Assembly (NCBI GenBank): GCA_041650775.1
Contig: JBAZKO010000001.1
Span: 1,030 to 65,029, forward strand
Direction: 5' to 3'
DNA from: Patescibacteria group bacterium
GTDB lineage: Bacteria > Patescibacteriota > Patescibacteriia > Patescibacteriales > UBA12465
Length of the DNA stretch: 64,000 nt
Shown here: piece after piece, positions 15,647 through 25,823 of the stretch
How the letters are laid out: the number at the start of each line of letters is the position of its first letter
Position numbering within the stretch: the stretch's first letter is position 1
Translations under genes and position numbers: made by a program
The notes under the pieces: model-generated
Database searches by the model: none
The model's input: only the letters and a program-made list of their open reading frames with translations
What the model was told of the DNA's origin: nothing

Positions 15647-17659
15647 TTATTGCACCACTCCCGAATTATTCAAGCCGGCGACATCATCATCCTCTAGTTT
15701 GGTCGTCTTCGGATCGGTTTTTCTGATAATCGTGTCTTTGGTTTCCGTATCCATGGCGCTCACGGTCGAACCGGGCGATAAAACTAAAATTTTATTGCGG
15801 TCGGATTCGCCGGGGGTGATGCTAATATCGAATTCAGCGTCCACGCGATAAACTGAAACCGGCAAACGACCGATTTCCCAAATTATCTGCCGGCTCGTTT
15901 CATCATAATATAGATTACCGACATTAGTCGCGTTTTTTCCTCCCCAAGAAACGTAATTCGGCAAATTAAAAACGACGCGCGTATCGGTTAGTTCATGTAA
16001 ATTATTCTTCACTACCCAATAGACCTTAAAACTGGTCTGACGGTTAACTTGCGGCGGCAATGATCCCGAACCGACCGGAATATTATCGACGTTAAAATAA
16101 CGGATTTCTTCGTTTAAACTCAAGTCGCTATTGATCCGGCTGGTAATCGTATTACTTTTATTATCTTGCCCTTTAACCGGCTTGTTATTCATGCCATATT
16201 GCCCATAAGCGGTAATCACCAAATTTTTACCCAGATCGCCGTCCTTAAAAAGCAAAAGACCGAGAGAAAAATCAACCGCGCCTTCCTGCCCCGGTTTTAT
16301 TTCCGCCAACTCCGGAATCTCCTGCTTTGTCCAGATAATTGAGTTGTTCTGAATTTGGCCGCCTTTTTCGTTCTGCAAAGAATTCCAATCCAGGAAATCG
16401 CCGCTCAGAGCCGCCATGACCACCACGTCTTTATAGGAACTGTCGCCACGGTTAGAATAGGTCAACGAATAATTCAGGGGCTGACCGAAAGTGATTGCAC
16501 CGTCGTTTTTGGAACCGTTCAAGAATAAAGTCAGATTCAAATCGCTGTTGACCAGTTCCGGTTTAATTATTTTTTCCCAGAAAACATAAGCCTGGCCGTC
16601 TTCGGTTTTCTTTTCCAGACGCACCTTGATTTCTAAATTATCCGATTTTTTCTTAATTTTATAAGTCAGAGGCACTTCTTGGCGGCCTAAAGCCGGATTC
16701 AAACCGCTCACCTGCCAGCTGGCGCCGCCGGTTTTGACTACCGCAATTTTTTCCGCCGTCGGTCCGGTGCCGACGGGACTACTGGTCGCTTTTTGATCGC
16801 CGGTAACAACCGCCGCGTCCGTTTCGGCTGGCAAAGAAAAGGCGATGTTAAAATCACCTAGGTAGTTATTCTGCCCTTCGGAAAAGATCAATGTCATCTC
16901 ATTATCCTGATTCAAAAAAGCAGTATTAGAATAATCCAAATCAACACGCCAACCCGGACCGCCGCTTAAAGTCGCGGCCGAAGCCTCTTTCTTGAACTGG
17001 CTAGTGAAACTGCCCGGCAGATAGCTTAAACGGCCGGAAATAACATTGACCGAATCGGCCGGACTGATTAATTTTCCGATAATCGTCAAAGTCGCGTTGC
17101 CGCCCGGAGCCAAATCCGGCAAAGCCCAGCCGTAATTACCGCTGGTCGGCGGGATATTGGCCGCGGTAAAAATAAAATTTTCCGGATATTGCAATTCCAG
17201 ATGCACCTGCGACAAAGGATATTTCGTCGGATTATGATAGTCGATTTTGTAAGAAAATTCTTCGCCGGCCAGAATCTTTTCCGGAGCGGTAATTTTCAAT
17301 TCCAAAGAATTAATATCGCCGCCCCGATTGAAAAAATAAAAATAAACGAGATAAGCGGCTAAAGCTATCAAGGCCAGGAGCAATAACCGGCGAAATAAGC
17401 GGACCAGAAAAATCGGCCGCTTTCTGGCCTTCATCGTCTGCACATCCGCCCGGCGCCCTTTTTTATCGCTGTAGATTTCCAAAAGATTGGAATCGATTTC
17501 CTGTTCGCGCACTTCCTGTTTCATGACGCGCTCGAAAGTCGACACTTCTTTCTCCGTCGGCATCGGCCGTTCCACGAAAGAAGATAGACTCGATTCCTCT
17601 TCCCGGCCGACACGCAAGACTCTCTTTATTTTTTTTTCAGGCATACAGTTATATCGCAA
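15647..17659 (-). CDS. Hypothetical single-pass membrane protein with a large beta-rich ectodomain
   Basis: Charged N-terminus, one TM segment (LLLLALIALAAYLVYFYFF), then about 560 aa of repetitive beta-strand-like sequence. No catalytic motif recognised. Confidence 0.5.
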   Translation of the reverse strand: MRYNCMPEKKIKRVLRVGREEESSLSSFVERPMPTEKEVSTFERVMKQEVREQEIDSNLLEIYSDKKGRRADVQTMKARKRPIFLVRLFRRLLLLALIALAAYLVYFYFFNRGGDINSLELKITAPEKILAGEEFSYKIDYHNPTKYPLSQVHLELQYPENFIFTAANIPPTSGNYGWALPDLAPGGNATLTIIGKLISPADSVNVISGRLSYLPGSFTSQFKKEASAATLSGGPGWRVDLDYSNTAFLNQDNEMTLIFSEGQNNYLGDFNIAFSLPAETDAAVVTGDQKATSSPVGTGPTAEKIAVVKTGGASWQVSGLNPALGRQEVPLTYKIKKKSDNLEIKVRLEKKTEDGQAYVFWEKIIKPELVNSDLNLTLFLNGSKNDGAITFGQPLNYSLTYSNRGDSSYKDVVVMAALSGDFLDWNSLQNEKGGQIQNNSIIWTKQEIPELAEIKPGQEGAVDFSLGLLLFKDGDLGKNLVITAYGQYGMNNKPVKGQDNKSNTITSRINSDLSLNEEIRYFNVDNIPVGSGSLPPQVNRQTSFKVYWVVKNNLHELTDTRVVFNLPNYVSWGGKNATNVGNLYYDETSRQIIWEIGRLPVSVYRVDAEFDISITPGESDRNKILVLSPGSTVSAMDTETKDTIIRKTDPKTTKLEDDDVAGLNNSGVVQ

Positions 17660-17669
17660 ATTATTAATT

Positions 17670-20129
17670 TTATTTTATCGGTTCATTCTTTCCCGTCAAG
17701 ATAGAATAATATTTGTCGGAATTGATTTGAGCGGTAATATCCCAGCCGCCGGTACCGTTTAAATTTTCCGGATAACGCCAAAAAATACGCCAATCATCGG
17801 GTAAAATCAAATGGCCGGAAAATTCACTCGCTTTCGCGCCCGGCTGTTTCTGAACCAACAAGGAATGAGGCCACAATTCGGTCGCGTCGGGATTGAACCA
17901 GTTGTTCAGCCGTTTCCACCCGCTTTCGTCCGCCGGCTTACTCCAAAAATTAAAAGGCAGACGATATCTTAAGACGATTACCGTCGTTTCGCCCGGATCG
18001 ACCAGCGTCCAATTAGCGAAAACCGTCTTATTATTTTCCGGATAAATTTTCGTTCCGGAGGTCGGATCAGTAACGGCGGAATTTTCCGCGGCCAATAAGG
18101 GGTTATCTTCCCAAGACTCTTCCGGCCTAGCCTGCAGATATTTTTCGTCTGGCGACTGAAAACCGGTGGCGCTTAGAAGTTCACTGCCTAAGGGTACATA
18201 AACTCTCAGCCAATCGACATTTCTAACCCCGGTCAGCGGTGTATTCTTTATGCCGTTATGCGTCAGGGCAATCGTGAGCGTATTTACAATCACTCCGTCG
18301 GATCCGACTTCGCTCGTAATTTCGATCTTCTCGCTTATTTCCCGATCGGATTTCTGTCCAGCGATGTTAGTGTTAACAACCGACAAATAATCTTTAGCGG
18401 TATCTTTTATTTCTCCCGCCCAATTAAGCTTGGCGACTTCCGCCTGTAAAGTCGGATCGGTAAAATAAAGCAAAATCTGCTTTTCGGTCATATTTTCTTC
18501 AAAGAGCGTAATAATTTTTAACAGATTTTCTTTGGTCAGCTTCTGCGGCAAAACTTCTAAAATTTTCGCCAATAAATCACCGATGATTTTTTTCGGCTTA
18601 TTGGCGGCGTTGACCTCCAGCCCTTGCTTCAGAGGAACCGTTGCCGCTACCGGCGTCGAAGTCGCCGGCAAAACAGCGACCGCTTCCGGATTAGTCTTCG
18701 CCAAATTTTCCCGCTCCGTCACTTTCTGAACTGTTTCCCAAAAATTATCAGCGTTTATAATTAACCCGTATTCCGCGCTTAAATCGATTGGCCCGGTAAT
18801 TTCCAATAAACGTTCAATGACCGTCGGTGTCACACTGATGACTCCGTCCACGCTGGGACCGTCGCTTTTTTCATAGAACCACATTAAATTACGAGCCGTA
18901 GTCGGCCAATCCGGCCACCAATTAGCGTCCCAAAAATGCCAAAGAGGATTAACCAGCCAGAGTGGTCGCGGCGCGGCGACGAGGACGCTCAAGCCCGCTT
19001 CGGTATCGTAAGAACCGCCGCCCGGAACTTCTAAATTACGGATTTTTCCATCGCGCAAATCGACTAGAGCGTAACTGCCCAGAAAACCGCCGCTGGCCCG
19101 CAGTTCGGCGTTGTTTTGAAAAACCAGCAAATATCTTTTATCGCGGCTTAAACCCAATATCTCTTTCAGCTTATCGCCGGTTGTCACGAAATTATCTAAA
19201 TTTTCCGCCAACAGTACCACCTGCTTATTTAAAAACTCAAATTTATCGCGATAATTATCGGGTAAATTAGCCGAATTGATTTTTTTCACTATTTGCTCCA
19301 GTTCTCTGATATCTTTAACCGCGGCGTGACCGTAAGTCAGAAAGTTATCCAATGTCCCGCGGAAATCATTCTTGTCGCCGTTAAATAAACTATCGGTCGC
19401 CAGCACCAAATTGCCGCCCAAGGACGAAGCGCTGGCGCCCGCCGCTAAAAATTTCTTGCTTTCCGCCGCTAGTTTAATCTGCGGATTATCCGATAAGGCC
19501 GCTAAAGACAGGAGCGAATCATTTATCTTATTCAAATCCGACTGTGCCGATAAAAAGCTTTCGCCAGCAGAACGAAAGTTGAGATCGGCACCCTGAAAAT
19601 CCAGCTTGGCGGCCGAAGCGGCGGCGGACATCAGACTATCCAAAGCCGACTGCGACTTACCGACGATTTTCCCTTCCCAGGCGCGCCAATCCAATAGTTC
19701 AAAATAAGACAAAAATTTAAGCGACGCAATCAGCAAAAACAAAACTAAAATGAAAGAAAAGGAAGAATGATACCAGGGAACGATTTTCGCCGCCGGCGTT
19801 TTAAAAAAGGGCCGACCTTTAAACCGCGGCGCGGCGCGAAAAATCCGTTCTTGTTCTCTGAAAAATTCCCGCCAACGATTTTTCGGCGCGCGGCGAAACA
19901 GGTTTCTAAAAAAATTCGGAAACGGACTTCGGAAAGAGCTAAAAACACTCCCCAATCTCTCCCGAGCGATGCTTAATTTAAAGTTCAAATTCACTCCCCG
20001 ATCGTTTCTTCTTTTTATCCGTTTTTCCAAAACAAGTCGGCCGGTCGGACGCAGATCCACGACAAAATTAGAGAAACGTTCTCTGTCCGGGTTATCCTTG
20101 TTAAATTTATTTTTTTTATTGTCAACCAT
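17670..20129 (-). CDS. DUF4012-domain membrane protein
   Basis: Basic N-terminus, one TM segment, and the block RYLLVFQNNAELRASGGFLGSYALVDL that I recognise as the DUF4012 signature. Confidence 0.7.
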   Translation of the reverse strand: MVDNKKNKFNKDNPDRERFSNFVVDLRPTGRLVLEKRIKRRNDRGVNLNFKLSIARERLGSVFSSFRSPFPNFFRNLFRRAPKNRWREFFREQERIFRAAPRFKGRPFFKTPAAKIVPWYHSSFSFILVLFLLIASLKFLSYFELLDWRAWEGKIVGKSQSALDSLMSAAASAAKLDFQGADLNFRSAGESFLSAQSDLNKINDSLLSLAALSDNPQIKLAAESKKFLAAGASASSLGGNLVLATDSLFNGDKNDFRGTLDNFLTYGHAAVKDIRELEQIVKKINSANLPDNYRDKFEFLNKQVVLLAENLDNFVTTGDKLKEILGLSRDKRYLLVFQNNAELRASGGFLGSYALVDLRDGKIRNLEVPGGGSYDTEAGLSVLVAAPRPLWLVNPLWHFWDANWWPDWPTTARNLMWFYEKSDGPSVDGVISVTPTVIERLLEITGPIDLSAEYGLIINADNFWETVQKVTERENLAKTNPEAVAVLPATSTPVAATVPLKQGLEVNAANKPKKIIGDLLAKILEVLPQKLTKENLLKIITLFEENMTEKQILLYFTDPTLQAEVAKLNWAGEIKDTAKDYLSVVNTNIAGQKSDREISEKIEITSEVGSDGVIVNTLTIALTHNGIKNTPLTGVRNVDWLRVYVPLGSELLSATGFQSPDEKYLQARPEESWEDNPLLAAENSAVTDPTSGTKIYPENNKTVFANWTLVDPGETTVIVLRYRLPFNFWSKPADESGWKRLNNWFNPDATELWPHSLLVQKQPGAKASEFSGHLILPDDWRIFWRYPENLNGTGGWDITAQINSDKYYSILTGKNEPIK

Positions 20130-20145
20130 TTTTATATGTTACGCC

Positions 20146-21339
20146 TTAGGAATTCAAAACTTCGCGATAAATTTCCAAAGTCCGATGGGCGCATTCCCAC
20201 CAATTATATTTTTTCGCCTGAACAGCCCCCCGGCGCGTTAAATCAACCCGTAAATTATCGTCATTTAAAACCCGCCGGATTTTCTCCAGCATTTCCGCTT
20301 CATCTTCCGGATTAAAATACAAAGCCGCGTCACCGAGCACCTCCGGCAGACTGGTCCGATTCGAACTGATAACCGGACAGCCATTAGCCATCGCTTCCAG
20401 CGGTGGCAAGCCAAAACCCTCATATAAAGAAGGAAAAATATAAACCCGCGCGGCGGCGTAAAAAATCTCCAATTGGGCGTCCGGCACGTATCCCGGAAAA
20501 ATTATCGGACTATTAAAATTTTCTTTCTGCCATAAATTCAGAGCGCGGGCAAAAGCCTGAATCCGTTCATAAAAATAATCCGCGCGGCCGACCAAAACCA
20601 GACGCAATTCCGGCTGGACGGCGTACAGGCGACTAAAGACCCTAAGTAATGCCTCCAGATTCTTATGCGGATAAGCGTTACCGACATAGAGCAAAAAATT
20701 CTGGGGGATGTGATATTGATTTAAAGTTTCCCGACTGTCTAATTTTGAGACAAATAAGGAATCTCGGCCTTTGGATAAATTGGCCACGCCTTCATAAGTA
20801 ACGGCGATTTTCGTCGGTGAAATATGAAATTTTTTAACGATGTCGTTTTTGGTAAATTCGGAAACCGTAATAACTTTTTTCGCCCGTTTCAAAGCGCAAA
20901 AAATCACCAGCCGGTAGGCGAAATTCTTTAAATAATAAACGAACCGGTGGCGCGTCGTGGCGCGGATCGTCGGGAAATGCGTCAAGATCAAATCATGGAT
21001 AGTGACCACGAATTTGGCCGGCGTTAAAATCGGCACGTTGAAATGCGGAAAATGAACCAGATCTAATTTTTCCCGCCACAAATAAAAAGGCAGGATTACT
21101 TGCTCCCGCCAAGAATACCAACGGCAGGAGATTTTTACTTTCTTCACCCGTTTATCGTCGTTTATAAATTCGTCGAAATTATCCGGACTTAAAAAAATGA
21201 CATAATTAAAACCGGCGCCGCCATCAGGCGACGGATCGGCGCTCGCTATCTTCATGATATTGTCGACCACTTCCTGCGTATACCGACCCAAGCCTTTGCC
21301 GATCGGACCGTAGAAGCGGGCATCGATGCCGATTCTCAT
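20146..21339 (-). CDS. Glycosyltransferase family 4 (GT-B)
   Basis: C-terminal EGFGLPPLEAMANGCPVISS (E-x7-E type motif). 397 aa. Confidence 0.85.
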   Translation of the reverse strand: MRIGIDARFYGPIGKGLGRYTQEVVDNIMKIASADPSPDGGAGFNYVIFLSPDNFDEFINDDKRVKKVKISCRWYSWREQVILPFYLWREKLDLVHFPHFNVPILTPAKFVVTIHDLILTHFPTIRATTRHRFVYYLKNFAYRLVIFCALKRAKKVITVSEFTKNDIVKKFHISPTKIAVTYEGVANLSKGRDSLFVSKLDSRETLNQYHIPQNFLLYVGNAYPHKNLEALLRVFSRLYAVQPELRLVLVGRADYFYERIQAFARALNLWQKENFNSPIIFPGYVPDAQLEIFYAAARVYIFPSLYEGFGLPPLEAMANGCPVISSNRTSLPEVLGDAALYFNPEDEAEMLEKIRRVLNDDNLRVDLTRRGAVQAKKYNWWECAHRTLEIYREVLNS

Positions 21340-21350
21340 GCGCGGTAAAA

Positions 21351-22826
21351 TTAAATCGTCGGTAAATTAGGGGGCGGCGGCGCGTCTTTAAGCGCCAAAT
21401 CGTCTTTAAGCGTCGAATTTGTTTGATAGGCCGCTTGGACTGTGCCGGTTGATTTCGCTCCGGTGCTGGTTAAATTTTCATTAAAAATATCCGGCAAAGA
21501 CGAAGCCTTTTCTTCCGCCAACGGCAAAGAAGCTGGCGCGTCGGCCTTGCGACCCGGCGCTTTCTGCATCATCGCCGCTTTAACGTTAGCTTCGACTGGA
21601 AAATGCCAAATAGTCGCCAATTCTTCAATATTAAACAATCCCGGTCTCCGGCCGCGCGAATCAGATCGACTGATATAAGCCTTAAAAATTTTTCGTTTTT
21701 TCTCGATCAGGCGCGGTGCTCTTAAAAAATACTGGGCCTTCGTCATAGTCATATCCATATCCGGCTTTAAATTATTAAGATCTAAAGACGCGAATTGTTT
21801 CATAAAACCGACCAGGCCATTGGCCACCTTCGCCTTATTCATCACTTCTCTTTTAGCGACATAAACCGCCCTGATTTTAGCTTCAAAACCTAATTTGGAG
21901 GCTTTAATCTGAATGCCTTCCACTTTGCGTTTCTCTCCGGGAGTAAGATCCATCATCGTTTTCGGCCGCTCTTCTTTCTTATCGCCGGATTCGACATCGC
22001 CCCAAATAGGATAAAGGATTTCGCTGGCGTTACCGAGCGCTTCCACGCCCTTGAGCGCTAAGCCTGTCTTACTCTTGTCCTTACGGCCAAAAATTTTATT
22101 GATTTCTTTTTCTGAATCTTTAACCCAATCGAAACCGGTCGGGATAACGATTATCTGGAACCAGAGCTGTTCCCCCTGACGCAGGGAACCGCAAAGATCC
22201 ATCAGACTCGCCATCGGGTCTTTAAATTGCGTTTCGCTCGGTCCCATCTGATGTTCGAATTCCTGATAACATTTAATCGGATAAGCACTGGAATCTTTTT
22301 GGATGAATTCCGTCCCCCAAATATCATATTCTTCGTCCGGAACATTCTGCGGTACCGTCTCGGTATAATCGTCCACCTCGGAAATTTCCGCATCCGGATA
22401 TTGCGAATAAACCGCGGATTCGACCAGATTGCGGAATTCCACCGGCGTCCAAATCAAAAACTGCGTGTATCCTTCCAGACTGACTATCTCAAAACTGAAT
22501 GATTTTTGAAATTGCCCTTCGAACCATTTTTCAAAAAAGTTGATAGAACCGTGGGCCCCGGCGAGATAGGTGAACATATTTTCCACTGCCTTCGGCGATT
22601 GCTCGTTGCCTCGAGGAACATCAATAGCTAAAAGAACATTCCGGTGACTTTTTCCCCACTGTATCCGAATCCATAATAAATAAACTTCTCTGACCCCGAT
22701 TAAAAAAACAACAGCGATGGCCAGCCAGCCGAAATTACCCATGAAAACCCAAAACATCTGTTCGGAGGGCAGATTAAAAAACTGTTCAATGCCGGAAGTA
22801 TTAATGACAATATCCATAAAAATCAC
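21351..22826 (-). CDS. Hypothetical membrane-anchored protein
   Basis: One N-terminal TM segment (WLAIAVVFLIGV). The blocks LLAIDVPRGNEQSPKAVENMFTYLAGAHG and ELATIWHFP recall N-terminal modules of TraD/HerA-like ATPases in CPR genomes, but no Walker A motif is present. Confidence 0.5.
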   Translation of the reverse strand: MIFMDIVINTSGIEQFFNLPSEQMFWVFMGNFGWLAIAVVFLIGVREVYLLWIRIQWGKSHRNVLLAIDVPRGNEQSPKAVENMFTYLAGAHGSINFFEKWFEGQFQKSFSFEIVSLEGYTQFLIWTPVEFRNLVESAVYSQYPDAEISEVDDYTETVPQNVPDEEYDIWGTEFIQKDSSAYPIKCYQEFEHQMGPSETQFKDPMASLMDLCGSLRQGEQLWFQIIVIPTGFDWVKDSEKEINKIFGRKDKSKTGLALKGVEALGNASEILYPIWGDVESGDKKEERPKTMMDLTPGEKRKVEGIQIKASKLGFEAKIRAVYVAKREVMNKAKVANGLVGFMKQFASLDLNNLKPDMDMTMTKAQYFLRAPRLIEKKRKIFKAYISRSDSRGRRPGLFNIEELATIWHFPVEANVKAAMMQKAPGRKADAPASLPLAEEKASSLPDIFNENLTSTGAKSTGTVQAAYQTNSTLKDDLALKDAPPPPNLPTI

Positions 22827-22884
22827 CTGGCTATTACCAGCCAGCCGGGAAAAAATTTATAGTCATATTTTACCATATAACCCT

Positions 22885-22919
22885 AAAAAAATAAAACCCG
22901 ATTCAGTGAGAATCGGGTT
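22885..22919 (-). terminator. Rho-independent terminator after the sigma-like gene
   Basis: Minus strand has a 10-bp stem AACCCGATTC/GAATCGGGTT with a 5-nt loop, followed by TTATTTTTTT. Confidence 0.65.
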
Positions 22920-22954
22920 CTATTTATTTATAAGTCTGGTTTTGTTTTTTAGGG

Positions 22955-23995
22955 TTATTTCTGCCAGTCTTTCAGGCCGTAAGTGCCGCGGCTGACCAAG
23001 ACATAACGGCCGTCCAAAATCAATTCATTATGAACGGTAGCGGCATTAGCCGTTTTCTTGTCAAATTTCATTTCGTTGATCTGTTTGGCGATTTCCGTAA
23101 AATGCAAAGGGTGACCGACATGCTTTAAGATTAAATAAATCTTATCGTTAACCGTTTTCGGTTTCACTTCGCCCCAATTGGCAACGCCCCATTCGCCATA
23201 TTTGTTCCGTTCCAAATTTTTTATGGACTGCATCAGGGAGTATAAGATTTTATTACTGTTGATGATTTCCGCCTTATCGGGAAAAGTTTGGCTCTTAAAA
23301 ATCGGGGTGATATCGGAACTGGCGGCGGGGTTCAATTTAGACTGATTCTTATTGTAAGTTTCCAATTTCTTAAGCAGGTCAAGCAATTCTTCGGTCGTAA
23401 AAGTCTTTTTCAAACCTTCGACTTTGTTAAGCAAATCATCGGCCAATTCTTCCAAATGACTGACATCGGCGTCCTTAGTCTTAAAAGAATGATTGAATTT
23501 GTCAGACTCTTCCACCGAATCCCAATCATCGTTCATCAATTTAGAAATCAAAAAATTAAAATGATTGCGATAAATCTGGCGGGTATTTTCATAGCTGGGA
23601 TCGTCGGTTTTAATTTCATTGTTAATTTCCAGGCAGATAACCGTTAAGATATCCAAAAGATAATCGCGTCTAATCAGCCCGCCGTGTTCGCCCAATAAAT
23701 GTTGGACGGTTTCTCTTAAAGTCGAAATGGAAGATTCCAGGTTTTCCAGCTTCTTGATTTTTTTAATGCTGGCCGCCTCTATCTGACGCACCCGTTCTCT
23801 GGTTAATTTATGCAGACCGCCGATTTTTTCCAGGGTTTCTCCTTTGTCGCCTTTCAAACCAAAACGACGGGATAAAATATCCTTTTCGCGATCCAGCAAA
23901 TCAGAGAACAAAGAGTTGACGATACTGATTCCATCCAGACGAGTCAATTCTTCAGACTTCTCTTCCTTAATCATTTTTTCTAATAAATTTTCCAT
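22955..23995 (-). CDS. Sigma-70 region-4-like HTH protein with a C-terminal HARE-HTH domain
   Basis: The N-terminal block ILSRRFGL...TLEKIGGLHKLTRERVRQIEAASIKKIKKL is region 4 only. The C-terminal block IYLILKHVGHPLHFTEIAKQI...YVLVSRGTYGLKDW resembles the RpoE-delta/HARE winged HTH. Confidence 0.65.
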   Translation of the reverse strand: MENLLEKMIKEEKSEELTRLDGISIVNSLFSDLLDREKDILSRRFGLKGDKGETLEKIGGLHKLTRERVRQIEAASIKKIKKLENLESSISTLRETVQHLLGEHGGLIRRDYLLDILTVICLEINNEIKTDDPSYENTRQIYRNHFNFLISKLMNDDWDSVEESDKFNHSFKTKDADVSHLEELADDLLNKVEGLKKTFTTEELLDLLKKLETYNKNQSKLNPAASSDITPIFKSQTFPDKAEIINSNKILYSLMQSIKNLERNKYGEWGVANWGEVKPKTVNDKIYLILKHVGHPLHFTEIAKQINEMKFDKKTANAATVHNELILDGRYVLVSRGTYGLKDWQK

Positions 23996-24056
23996 ATTAA
24001 TAAAAAAATCGCACCGTTTTATTTAATTCCTACTTAATTTATCACATTATTTTACA

Positions 24057-25058
24057 TTAGTCAAGACCTGAAAGCCGCCAAAGTCGAAAATATTGTTTCA
24101 AGAGAAATCTCTCTAATATAAGCGAAAATATAAACATTAAAACTAAATTAACCATAATCTTCAGCCGGCCGGTGATATTTTGTTTTTTCCAATGTTTGAC
24201 AAAAATTAAATGTTGACCCAAAAAAGACCAGGAACGAACCAGCCGGCTTTTTTGGCGACGATCTGAAAGCGCGTTCCAAATTCCCTTGCCCGACGAAACG
24301 GCCGTGCGGTCATGATAAATTACGGCGGTGGGAACCAAACGCGATTCGTAGCCGGCCAAGAATAAACGATAAGCCAGATCGCAATCTTCCTTATACATAA
24401 AGAACCGTTCGTCGAAATACTGTATTTTTTTATTTTCCGCCGGACCGCGGCGTTCGGCGATTTTCGCCAGAGTGTTCAGACGAAATAAGCCGGCCGCGCC
24501 TGAAGGTCCGAGTATCGCCGCTTGATCGTATTGGCCGGAGTCGGCCAAACCTTGGCCTAAATCCAAAAATTTTAAACCGGGACGCAGGACCAGACCGCAA
24601 GAATCAATATCATTAGTCTTAGTCCGGCCGACAAAATCCCAGCGCCGGATTTTCGGGGCGGCCGAAGCTAAGTTTCCCTCTTGATCCAAGGCGGTTATCA
24701 ATTCTTTGATCGCCGTTGGCTCCAAGATCGTGTCCGGATTAATGACTAAAAAATATTCAGCACCGGCGGCCAGCGCCGAATCTATTAAAATATTATAAGC
24801 GGCGCCGAATCCCAGATTCCGTCCGACGGTTAGATATTCGGCTGACTGCCGCGGTTTGGACGGTTGATCAAAACCGGAATTATAGGCTTCCAGAGCCAGA
24901 CGATTTACTTTATTGTCCGGCGAACTATTATCAAAAACATAAACCCGGTAATCGTCCGGCGCTAAAAAAGAAAGAGCCGCTTCTAGGCTCGGCAAAAAAT
25001 AAGCCAAATATTTGGCGCTGGCTTCGTTATAGACGACGAATCCGACGGCTAATTTCAT
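24057..25058 (-). CDS. Glycosyltransferase family 2 (rhamnosyltransferase-like)
   Basis: GT-A N-terminus (VVYNE..., VFDNSSPD, GFGAAYN) and an ED-containing acceptor loop. Overlaps rfbA by 4 nt. Confidence 0.8.
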   Translation of the reverse strand: MKLAVGFVVYNEASAKYLAYFLPSLEAALSFLAPDDYRVYVFDNSSPDNKVNRLALEAYNSGFDQPSKPRQSAEYLTVGRNLGFGAAYNILIDSALAAGAEYFLVINPDTILEPTAIKELITALDQEGNLASAAPKIRRWDFVGRTKTNDIDSCGLVLRPGLKFLDLGQGLADSGQYDQAAILGPSGAAGLFRLNTLAKIAERRGPAENKKIQYFDERFFMYKEDCDLAYRLFLAGYESRLVPTAVIYHDRTAVSSGKGIWNALSDRRQKSRLVRSWSFLGQHLIFVKHWKKQNITGRLKIMVNLVLMFIFSLILERFLLKQYFRLWRLSGLD

Positions 25059-25780
25059 ATAATCATCTTAGCGGCTAATTTTTCTTTGGCGAAATTCTGA
25101 GCTTTAAGCAAACTATCGAAACTGCCGGCGTCGAACCATTCCCCTTCAACCATCGCCACTTCCAGCTCTCCTTTTTCCAGATACCAATTATTAACTTCCG
25201 TAATTTCCAATTCACCGCGCGCGCTCGGTTTCATATTCTTGGATATTTCCACGACGCGCTTATCATAAATATATAAGCCGGTGACCGCGTAATCACTTAA
25301 AAACTCACTCGGCTTTTCCACGATTTTTTCCGCCCTATTTTCAGAATTAAATTTAACCACCCCGAATTTTTCCGGATCGGATACTTTCTTGGCGAACACT
25401 CTGGCACCGCCTTTGAAGCTTTTAATAGCCGCCGTAAAATCATCTTCGAAAATATTGTCCCCTAGGATCATCACTACGTCTTCGTTATCAATAAAATTCT
25501 CGCCGATGATAAAAGCCTGAGCCAAACCTTCTGGATGATCCTGAATTTCATAAGTGAATTTTACGCCGAATTCCTTGCCCGAGCCAAGGAGATTGAGGTA
25601 GTCGCCGGCTCTTTCCGGCGCGACGATAATCAGAATCTCCTTAATGCCGGCTTTAATCAAGGTATTCAAGGGATAATAAATCATCGGGCGATTATAAATC
25701 GGCAATAATTGCTTACTGGTGATTTTAGTCAACGGGCGGAGGCGCGTACCCGAGCCGCCGGATAAAATGATTCCACGCAT
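25055..25780 (-). CDS. rfbA: Glucose-1-phosphate thymidylyltransferase (short form)
   Basis: MRGIILSGGSGTRLRPLTKITSKQLLPIYNRPMIYYPL and GLAQAFIIGENFI...LGDNIF match RmlA blocks. Confidence 0.85.
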   Translation of the reverse strand: MRGIILSGGSGTRLRPLTKITSKQLLPIYNRPMIYYPLNTLIKAGIKEILIIVAPERAGDYLNLLGSGKEFGVKFTYEIQDHPEGLAQAFIIGENFIDNEDVVMILGDNIFEDDFTAAIKSFKGGARVFAKKVSDPEKFGVVKFNSENRAEKIVEKPSEFLSDYAVTGLYIYDKRVVEISKNMKPSARGELEITEVNNWYLEKGELEVAMVEGEWFDAGSFDSLLKAQNFAKEKLAAKMII

Positions 25781-25823
25781 ATTTTTACGGTTAAAATAAA
25801 CTTTAATGATTAAATAAAATCCC

